Below are positions 1 through 10,700 of a stretch of DNA of 64,000 nt, in pieces. The notes under the pieces are model-generated. The model did not search any database. It was not told the DNA's origin and was given only the letters and a program-made list of their open reading frames with translations. Location: positions 62,001 through 126,000 of the forward strand of contig NMRA01000239.1 of NCBI GenBank assembly GCA_002633005.1, given 5' to 3'. Made by a program: the position numbers and the translations under genes. Numbering within the stretch: the stretch's first letter is position 1; each line of letters starts with the position of its first letter. The DNA is from Phoronis australis (lineage: Eukaryota > Animalia > Phoronida).

Positions 1-118
1 GTTGTCAAAATACATATATTTGATATACACCTTTGTACCAAGGCTAACTAGTCCTGTGAAAAGTGTAAATTAATATATGATTGTATTTTTCCAGGAATAA
101 CAAGAGACATTGTTTGAA

Positions 119-3100
119 ATGAAGAAAAGGGGTGTCAATCTTAAGTCGACTGCGGCCTTGTTTCAAGCTGTACGTGACAATGACGTGAGACGTGTTCGAG
201 CTCTGATCAAACAGGGTGAAGTCAATGTGAACTTAGTGGACAACGAACATCCCCACAAACCCACAGCTTTGATTGTTGCTGCGGAATCTAATCACACTGA
301 CATGGTGAAGGTGATACTGAAATCAAAGAAGCCAAAATGTGACCCAAACTTAGAAGATACCAAAGGGAAAAGAGCTGCCTGGTAAGGTTATCATGTGATG
401 TAATTACCATGATGGTTCTCATGGCTGATGACACCCAGTTGACTAAATCGCATGTGTTAATTTGAAATGGGATTGTTAAGGCATTGGATAGTTCAATGTG
501 AAAGGTAATTGAGTGCAATTGGAAAATGGATCTTCCCCTGTAAGCTATCAATGAAGTTCATTTAGTCCATGCAAATAGTGTTGCCCAAATTCACCTTATT
601 GAAAATACAAAAAGGTTTTCAAAACAAGAAACAAAGCAATAATACTGTTTAAATAAAAGATGGCGCTGCATGCAGCTTTGAAGGGATGTTTGGGTAACTA
701 AAGGGAACAAAAACTACTTTAGATATTAAAAATTATATTCCATTTTTCTAAAAAATTAATTTGATACGATGATGCGGAATTTATTTAGTTGTCCATATTC
801 AAAAAGGAAATGTCACATGATGTCAGCTGAAATGGGTCAGTATCCTTTTTAGAGAGCTGCATGTTTTAAAATGAGTCAGGCGCAGGCCAGAACCAATGCT
901 ATTTTTTTCTGACCTGTTTGTCAGTTGAATGTAAATTTGAAAGTTTATTCAAAACACATTATTATTTGGACATTCCTGCATAGATTCTTAATTTCCTCAG
1001 TATCATTGTCAATTCTGGGATTGGCCTCTCTTTGAGATAGGGTGGCAATTTTGAAATCTGATAAAAATAATTTTTAAACACATCCATTGAATTTCTTGGC
1101 GTGTTTGTTTTTCAGTGGTATTGTTTGAAAGCTTCTATAAACTAGCTTTTTATAAAAAACTAACTTGATCCAGACCCTTTACCTTTATGACGTTCATCTC
1201 AACTTGTTCAAAAAAGCTCTCAGTTCGTTATTACTGAAGACCATGCTAAAAAAGTTGGCTTATCACTATGGGCCATGGGCCGAGTATAGTTTTAAGCAAT
1301 GGCAAACTACCAGTTCTTCCCACAAGCCCAGAAGCCTTCTTCCATCTGAGCAAGGAATATGTTGAGACCGGTTTTATAGGGCTTAGTGCTCTAAATCCAA
1401 AGTTGGATTTCTTGGCAGAACTCGGGATTATGGGAGTTTTAATTTGGAACATTGATATTAGAAGCATTTTAAAGTTTTGAGTTTAATCTTTCAGGTATGC
1501 AGCCAAATATTGCAATGTAGAAATGCTGCAGAGTTTGATTGACCGTGAAGCTGATGTCAATTTTCTCGATAAAGAGACTGGTAAGAGTCAGCGTTATACT
1601 GATTTGATGCTATAACAGTGCTTTGAATTGGAGTTTTAACATTCTCGTGGTTTGTTTTGCTACCACCTTTTCCATTTCATTTATCCACTAAGTTTCTCAT
1701 TTTGTTTTGAGTTGCTTGGCATAAGTTACCACCATTATGCAGTTTGTGGAAGTTTTCATTTCTGATTTAAATAATTTGTTGTTTAAAACATTTAAAAGAC
1801 ACACTCTCACACACGTATACGCACACGCACACGCACACACACGCATCCACAGTTTGCAGACATGGCTATTAACAAATATGTAAGCTGCAACAACTCTGAC
1901 TCTTACATTGAACTCTTTAGGTTGCACACCATTGTATCGCGCCATTATAACCAACAACACAGAGATCTGTCGAAAGCTGATACATGCTGGTGCGGACGTC
2001 AATTTACGTCGCCTCGGTTATGGAGTTGGGGCTGAATCTCCACTTATCAAGTAAGTTGTCAATTTATATTTCGTGTTAATGTTATTTTAATAAATGCAGT
2101 CTAATGTAAATATACATACCTACTTTAGTCATTTTGGAAGCTAAGAGGTGTGTTTGGTAATTCAACTGATGGTGTTTTCTATCAGTTTTTATTCCATTTG
2201 TGTCTAGTTGAATAGAAGGAATTGCACTAATTCGTAACCTATTCGTCTTGATTACCCGACATAACAATGATCATCGGAGAATACGTGTCAGATTGACTCT
2301 AATCATTTTATTGAATCGTTTTAGACTAGATAAATTTTTCTGCCATCAAAATCCCTAACATGTTTCTAAACTATTCTTTTCCTGGTTGCTATAACACACT
2401 GAATGGTCAGTTTGAGTTTTACTAGCAAGGTAGAAGTGTGGAGAGTCAGTCATCACAAACATTTTTAAGTCTGCCTGCACGCCACCTGTTGGCCTCATCA
2501 CGTGACCAACAGGTGGCGTGCAGACCAGACTTTAAAATGTTACCGTTCTGTATTTCCACATTGCCTCACGATTTGCATATTTATAGAAAGTTAGTCATAT
2601 TGATTCTGTTATTTACTTTTAAAGGTGGCATCATTGAAGTGCATTATAATGAATAACTCAAATTGTGCATTTTACATTTTCAGGGCAGTACAGTTGGATA
2701 ACAAAGAAATAGCTGCCATGTTGATCAATTCACTGTGTGATATCCACTACAAAACGGAAGATGGTCTGACTGCGTTGCATTATGCCATCTCTTACCGCCG
2801 CTATGACATTGTTGAACTGCTGCTTGATAACAAGATTAAAATACATGCAAAGGTCTTTTATTTATTTGTGACTTTATAGTTCTCACTTGCAATAACTCTT
2901 AACTATGTATTTTTCATCTTGTGCACTGGTTTTCCAGTATTCTGTAATATCTGTTATATCCTTATTTTTGGTCATGTCATGTGAGCCTGCAAAAAGAAAG
3001 TTCTGACTCCATCTTTCCTGTATTTGTTTATTCTTAGAAATGAATAGCAAATTAGTTTTGTTTTCTGGTTATTTTTCTTCGCCCCACACCAGAATTGATC

Positions 3101-4536
3101 CATGTCCTTATGTGCGGTAAGTTTTTGTAGATGGACAAGGAATATTTTGTCACATTATACTGTTAAAAGCCGGAATTGATGTTCCCTTCTTGTATTGAAG
3201 GCGTGATGAGATAACGTACACGCAAAAAGTATTCAGACAAAATGCTCTGGAATTCCCCGGAAGCCGAATACATCGTCAGAGTAGGCTTCTTTCATGACTG
3301 ACAAGGAAGGGGACAGCACTGTTAGTCAGGTGGCTAAACCATTGTGTCATTAGAATTTTGCTGGTGTAATAGTTATTACCAATTATGTTTTGCTATTAGT
3401 GAATTAGGGCTGTTCCAGTAAAATCTGTATGGGAGGGGGGGAAGGCACCTTTTTTCGCACCCACCACCCATATTTTTCATTTATTTCTTCAGCCTACCAC
3501 CCGTAATTTTTTATAAGTTTGTAATGCAACTACCCGTTATTTTTTTGTTCTTGTGGTTGACTGCACAGGAGCTTGAGTTTATCTGTTCCTCCATCACCAC
3601 TAACGTCATTCATTACTAAGAAAGCATATGTTTCTTATAATTATATTGTTATTAGCCATCGAGAAATTCGAGCACCTGTGGTTAAATGGTGTTTTGGGCA
3701 TGCCGATGAGGAGATCGGAGGGAGTGAAAAAGTCGGAGCTTTTTGCAAGTTGCATTTTTGTTTCAGTTTTTGATTCTGTGCGGATTGTTTATAAAATTTA
3801 CTAAAATTACCCACCATCAAACATTTATGGCCCAATGAAACAACAANAAATCCATTGTTAATTAATTTTGAGGAATAGTTCTATCTTTTCTATTTCAAAG
3901 ACGAACCATGGTGTGACAGCGATGACAGTGGCTATTGAACATCACAACCCAGCCATGGTACGGATACTCATTGAGTATGGATACAAGATGGACAGGAAGT
4001 ATGAGTGGGGAGAGACTCCACTCCAGCAAGCTATAAAACTACACAGTACTGAATGTGCCATCACCCTCATTCTGTGGGGCTGCTCAATTCACAGAGAACC
4101 CGGTGTAATGTCATATTTCAGTATGGCTGCCAAAGAGAGGCTGATTCCTCTAGTCAGGTTATTGGCAGATCTCAATCCGTTGTTCTTGAACGAGGTCTGG
4201 ATACTGGATAAAGACCCATGCCTATCATTTTATCACATACCAGAGTTTTACAATGCACTCTTCGAACGCGCTTCTAACCCGGCATCACTGAAAGCATGGT
4301 GCAGATCAAAAATATTTGGCTACATGAAAAAATATCAGCCACACAAAGTGAAGGAGCTTCCTGTTCCTGGGAAAATGAAAGAGTATGTTACATTCAGTGA
4401 GTACATCAAGGAGGACATGTTTGTTAAGCGTCCACTGAATAACACAGAGTGCCCGTACGACTGTGATAGCAAGTGTCCAATATATCAATGTCCAGATGTT
4501 GAAGTTTGCGACTCCACGGATTCGGACGAGTTCTGA
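119..4536 (+). CDS. Ankyrin repeat and SOCS box protein (ASB-like), 5 coding exons, 427 aa
   Basis: Exons 119-381, 1495-1580, 1921-2050, 2684-2852, 3901-4536, all GT-AG with consistent phases (1284 nt). In-frame TAA at 98-100 fixes the ATG at 119. Ankyrin motifs: TALIVAA, GCTPLYRA, AESPLIKA, GLTALHYA, GETPLQQA. C-terminal SOCS box PASLKAWCRSKIF...VKELPVPGKMKEYV. Acceptor at 93-94 implies an upstream non-coding exon outside the window. Confidence 0.9.
2468..2531. mobile_element. Short palindromic MITE-like element
   Basis: Perfect 18-bp stem CTGCACGCCACCTGTTGG (2475-2492) / CCAACAGGTGGCGTGCAG (2506-2523), imperfectly extended outward. Related arms occur at 11250-11381 and 12595-12733. Confidence 0.65.
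3407..3846 (+). mobile_element. PIF/Harbinger-like non-autonomous element (5' part; right end not resolved)
   Basis: Starts GGGCTGTTCCAGTAAAATCTGTATGGGAGGGGGGGAAGGCAC after TTA. The same start follows TAA at 11715, and a decayed copy lies near 9812. TWA targets and GGG termini are typical of PIF/Harbinger. Confidence 0.55.
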
Positions 4537-4593
4537 TTGACTTGGTTGACATATAGTGGGTTTCGTGTCTTGTGGTTATGACTGAATCTTTAA

Positions 4594-4925
4594 GCGGCTG
4601 TGAACCCACCTTCCATCACAAAACACAAGTTTTGATTTGACCCTTTACCGTTATGAAATTGGTCTCAATTTGTTCCTCAGGTAAATTTGGAAATGATTTA
4701 TGAGCTTTGAAAGAAAGGAGTGCTAGAGATGAGGCTCTCGTCAGGACGTGTCATTTCATGTGCCAAGCATCGTCTCAATGAATAACAAACTTGTCAATTC
4801 CTTGCAAATCTAGAAATTACTTCTCATGTGACTATTAAAAAAACAAATTGAGACCAATTTTATAATCATAAGTGGTCCAAATCAAAAGTTTGCTTCTTGG
4901 ATACAACACAGGTTTGTTACAGCTT
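4594..4925. mobile_element. TTAA-flanked MITE with long imperfect inverted repeats, in the ASB-like 3' UTR
   Basis: TTTTGATTTGACC...AAATTGGTCTCAATTTGTT (~4629-4674) is the inverse of AACAAATTGAGACCAATTT...CCAAATCAAAA (~4842-4887). TTAA at 4590-4593 and 4926-4929. Confidence 0.6.
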
Positions 4926-5913
4926 TTAACTTTTGGATGAGGCACAACATTAAACTAATGCACCTCAACAGTACTTTGATGGCATTTATTTTGATGTTGT
5001 TATTTTCGACTTATTTCCTTTGAAATGTACTTGCCTTTAGTTTTTATTCTTAGAACAGGGTACAATCACTAAAAATGCTCGGAAATTGTGATTTGTTGCA
5101 GGATTGTTTTGAAATTTTCAGGGTAAGATGCACACACATTGTTCTATATTTTGAAATTTATTTGTCTAACATGTTGGGAGGCAGGTGGAGTATTGAAGAC
5201 TTAGGTGTAAAAGCACTATCAACGATTAATGAAGGGTTTTGGTTGAAAGACAGACCCCAGTTCATATCTTGTGTAATGTTTGACATTTTAAACTAGGACC
5301 AGAAATTTTAACCCAATGAGTCTCTGCAACAGACACCTAAAAACAAAAAACAGTTGCAGGCTGTCTGATACACGTTGTACCAGACGTGCGCAGAACTCGC
5401 ATGTGGGTCCATTGCACTGATCACCAGTTAAGTGACCATTGTGTCAACATGCCACAAACTATCATCATATGGAGAATTCAAAGGACCATTGTTATGTGTT
5501 CTAAAAAGGTTTGACAGTGAGCCATAAGTAACTTCCAGAAATGTGCACTTAAGATTTATGCAGTGAATAGAGGTTGTTCTCATCTGCATGCCCAGATCGA
5601 CCTGCATTTAGAATGCCCCAGATTTGGCACTTTGTAATAGCTGCCCTGCTCCTCATTACTGCACCAGAGGACACAAAAAGGCAATCTTCATCATGCTCGA
5701 AAGCGGGATTTGCAATTCCATTATTTGTCTATTTCTGTAACTTTAGGGTACAATAATACTTGCAATACTTTCATGATACTCAACATAACTCATTTCAAGT
5801 TGTGTGACCAGCCTGTAGTGTTGACCTTTGTGCTTTGTTGCTATTGAATTTGTGCACTCTGGTGACTAATTTGTGTTCTACATTGTAAGGAAAAGCATTA
5901 ATGTTGTTATTGC

Positions 5914-5919
5914 AATAAA
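5914..5919 (+). terminator. Candidate polyadenylation signal of the ASB-like gene
   Basis: AATAAA downstream of the stop codon, followed by GT/T-rich sequence. Confidence 0.4.
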
Positions 5920-7047
5920 GTTAAGTTGTTTAACTGCAAGTGTTCCAGTATATATTGAATTCATAGAGGGACATTTCCTCTTTACTCACCTCTCCTCCTC
6001 AAATTCAAACGGGTTATTAAATAACCAAACAAAATACATCTCGAACTTTCCTCACGATGACAGAAAAGATTCCACTCCACTAAAAGAATGTTCACAAGTA
6101 GAGAGTCAAAACCACGTCCGTTTTTGGGGATTGGTCGACCCTTTCAATATTGAAGTTTACTTCAATCACCAGGTACCTCTACATCGTCTTTTGCAATCGT
6201 AGCTACTTACAGTAGAAAAAATGTATCATTTTGAATAATCAGTCGCAAAATTGCAGACTTCCTGCAGAGCAAGCAGAAGTGAATGCTTCACCCAAAATAG
6301 TTGAACTTAAATCTGCAACAGTATTTTGTGCCTTCAGTTTTAAATTCCACTTCTGTGTGGGATTTACATAACGATACAAACTGAAATATTATACAACAAC
6401 TTAGACGCACTTCCTGAAATTGACCTATCACCAGGATTTTGAGCAGCGGCTGAACTGACCAATCAGAATGCAGCATTCTTGACACACCTTCGTTTGCAAG
6501 CCGACAAAAACACGTTGGCAGGTAAAACTTATTGTTTGTTGACACTTCGCAAGGGGGCGGACCTTGCCATAGGTCAATTGCCAAGTTTTAACCTCATTCA
6601 AATTGACGAACCCAGTGCCTGTACAGCACATTTCAGGGCCTCCCTATTGAGACAGTTAATTTTGAAGGTAGAAAATTGCTATCATGGTACGGAAAATGTA
6701 GAGACCAGTTTGTTTTAAGTTCTATTGAGCACTGCATCGGTGGGTCAAATAATTATCTCCTACTTCAAAGACGAATTAAACAAGAATGAAACGTTTCATG
6801 AAGCCAAAAATGACACCAGAGTTCCATTACAAGCACTCAGTATATCTACAGAAAACAAGTACTGGTATTAAGTAAAACTTTATGTCCCATATTCATGGTT
6901 ATATTACATAAACAGCGCTCGATATAACTTTAAGGGTGGACAGCTTCCTTTAAGACATCCACTTTAGGTGTAACTTTGGAGAAAACGGCCTTTCATCGAT
7001 AGTAACCAGATGTGAATTTGAAAATGAACACAATTAAAAAAAACATA

Positions 7048-7053
7048 TTTATT
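7048..7053 (-). terminator. Candidate polyadenylation signal of RSRC2
   Basis: AATAAA on the minus strand ~670 nt after the stop codon, followed by a T-rich tract. Confidence 0.45.
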
Positions 7054-7723
7054 AACAACTTACAATAATTTTAACAACGACGTGTTTTACACCGTCCAAA
7101 AGTTAAAGATGCAATCGTGGTATGGCAAGGAATAGAGGACAAGCTTACACATCCAGTTTTTTAAGAGGATGCTCCAACAATTAATAAATAACTCCACCTA
7201 AATCGTTGCACCATAACGGTGCAACGAGTTTAGAATATGATTGGTGTTTTCTTGTACAAAAGTTGATGGTGCTTTACATAACACTATGCCGGTCACAAGT
7301 ACTAGATGTGAACACATACTGTTATAAAGCAGATTCTACGCAGAAAGCTACAATGATCCTGCCACAAACATGTAGTTTTGTAAATCACAAGCACGCCAAT
7401 GAACAGGGCTCTATGACTTGCCAAGCACTAAAAATGCACAAATACAATGCTGCTACAGTGCAATCCACCAAATCCTTTACTTGGATTGGAGAATAAATGA
7501 CAAATCACAGGTTCTAAAGGAGATTGCTGCCATGGCTAGAGCTGTTCATATTGTGTGACTAGTGTCCAGTGCCGCTAACATCCCTAGACCTACCACTTGA
7601 CATGACGACGTTCATTCAAGCTAGTACTCTCAGTCCAACCACAATTCCTCACTGCCTCACATAACTCCACCAACTAGCCCAGACGTGTACAAGATGTCAC
7701 ACACAGGCACATAGCATCATTCC

Positions 7724-10700
7724 CTACTTGGGCTGGTGTGTTGGCTGTGATGTTAACATTCCTAGACCCACCCCTCGGTGAGTATGTGTTGCCAACCGTG
7801 CAAACTCATACTCTCTGTCCAACTGATTGAATAGTTCCTCTTGCCTCTTTCTCTGCTCTTCGCTCACCTTCACAGATTCCGTGCCAGAGCTGCCATCATC
7901 CTTCATACCCATCAACTTCTTGAATTTCAAGGCCTCTTTGCCATCCTCATCCTTGTTCAACATGGCCGCACTCGACTGCCACTGGGTCTTGTTTTCCTGC
8001 GCAAACCATAGTACCACATTAGAGAAATCAACACCACTAATGAAGATAATGTTATAGAGGTAAGACACGGCATACTGATTGCATGGTAAGAGAACTACTG
8101 GCTATACATCATCAGGGAGAAAAAAAAACAACAATGTGGATTTACACTTGTCTTTCAGTTTATTCACCTTTTACAGTATGCCCAAGAGGAGAAACTAACT
8201 GCATTCCCATGTATTTCAGAATCCCAGAAATTTCACAGGAATCCTTGCAGGAACAATTTCCACTGATACACACTGTGTACCCATGTGATCGAGAATCCCA
8301 GCAAGTTCTGTAGCCCCAGTCAACAGGCCTTGAAAATGCACTTGTCAGACATATAATTGACTGATAGCAGCTTTGCTTGTAAAATATTACGTAAGAGCAG
8401 CATGGCTTGGAACTTTAATTGAGAAAACAAATGTCTAAGTCGGGAATAAATTTTCTCAGAATTCATCTTGCAAAATTAGGTGAACACAGAATTCTGGCAT
8501 ATTGGTGTACCAATGCAAGAATTTTGCCTAATATCATTTCTTCCTGAAAAACAACAGGATTGTTTCAGGCAATTTTTACAAGGGAACAGCATTATGCATA
8601 GAGTCCAGAGAGACAAACAGTCTTGAACATTGAGAAATTGTAGACAACAGGAGCATTCAAGCAAACCATATCCTAAAGACAAGAAAAGAAAGAATTATTT
8701 GCTAAGACAAAGAAATCTAGTGGATGCACACATGTATTCAAATAGCCAGCCACCTAGTGCAGCGTATCTGGAAGCCGTATAGCATGTATTCAAATAGCCA
8801 GCCACCTAGTGCAGTGTGTCTGGGAGCCGTATAGCATGTATTCAAATAGCCAGCCACCTAGTGCGGTGTATCTGGGAGCTGTACAGCTAGGAATTGCTCT
8901 GGGTAAAAAAAACTGGTGAAATAAGCAAATCTCGTTCTTTCAGTCCACTAAGACTATACTTGGGGTCAACTCAACATGAAAATGTAGAACACTAGATCCG
9001 CCTCTTTTTGTCAACATGAACTCCGGCATACAACTGACACCTACCTGATCCTCTTACCGGAACATAATCTAATAGGCATTTAGTATAGCTGAACGACCAA
9101 AGTGAAATCAATTTGGATTATTTGTTGGGTACTACCATTACATTGAGAAGGGAATTCTGGAAAACATCTTATTGAAGAGTTAATAAAAATCTGAGCGACA
9201 GGTAACACTCTATTATAGCAGATTGCTGGGAAGATTTCACGTAACGCAGTCTCTGAATGGTGTTATCAGCAATTTAAGTTCAGAATTACATCCATATGTG
9301 GGAAGTAAGCATAACCTCAAGTGTGAATCAGTTGATGACAGTTTTCACGCAGCCAATAAAAACAATAACAGTGGAAATACTCGCCTCTTTATTGTCTTTG
9401 GCCTTGGACCAGAGCAACTTTCTCTTACTGACTTGCTCTGCATACTTGAGAGGGTTAACTGCAGCTGGGTTGTAGTATTTCGGCACCGCCACTCCCGTCA
9501 ACTCCTGAGCCTACAAGACAACGTAACACCTCCACTCAGCTCTTGCAAGACACACGAACAACATGACACTTACATTTAGCTCTTGTAAGACACACGAGTC
9601 CAGAAATCAATCTAATCATAGCTAAAGATGAAAAGACAAAAATGAAAGTTCATTTCATAAAAATATACTTCCAAAAATTTACCTCATCCTATTGTGCATT
9701 CTAATATCTGTTGTATGCCGTGACAAATGATCTTACTTGTATCGCAAGAACTATATTTATGATAAGTTTTTATATTACAAATGGCAAGCAACTGAAATTT
9801 CATGTCAAGTTCTGTTCTAGTAAAATCTGTGTAGGAGGAGAAGGCACATTTTTTAACCCACCAACCTTATTTTTGTTTTATTTTCTTAACCCACCACCAA
9901 CTAACAATGTTTAATTGCTTTAGAATGCAACCATACATACACTTAAATTACTTGAACATGCACAATTCTGCTAGTCCTGCCAATCCAAATCTAAGCTTTC
10001 AGCTGCAACACAGATAATGCTCCAACCTGCTGAACACCACTCTAACCCCTCACTGTTCTCACCTTTTGATGCATCGCCGCCATCGACTGCAGTAGAGCCT
10101 GTTGAGGCGTGATCTTGCCACCAGCCACACCGGCAGCTATGCTTTGCTTGATGGACGCCAACTGACTCTGGATGTCTATAGATGATGTTGAGGACTGGGC
10201 TGAAGACAAACACAAGGTACTGTCATCTGAATTGACACTTCCACAAAACCATCAATTTACATTTATCAAACAAAAACACAATTACCAGCTATTAAAGGAT
10301 TTCAAATTGTTTTACTTCTCTTTATTTCCATAGCAATATTTCATACGGCTAATCATATCTAAAGCGCATATTTATAGATGGAAACAGTAGCCAATGCTAT
10401 AAAGGATAACACAGACACTAGGTAATAAAAAGGCTTACAGACAACTGTTTTCCCTTCAAGAGCCTCACGAGCGGCCCTCTGCAGCTCCATCCTCATCTTG
10501 GTCTTGAAATCTACAAACTCTGCTGGTTTCTCACCACCTGGTGCAGGGCGGTGAGGGGCTGGATTCCGCCGAGAAGGCGACCTTCTGTCCTTTGACCGTG
10601 ACCTTGGGCGTCGACGACGAGACCGATTACCACGCTGTGATAAATAAATAAGGAAAACTGTGCACTGGGCAGGAAAAATCTTGATGAAGCCGAATAAAGA

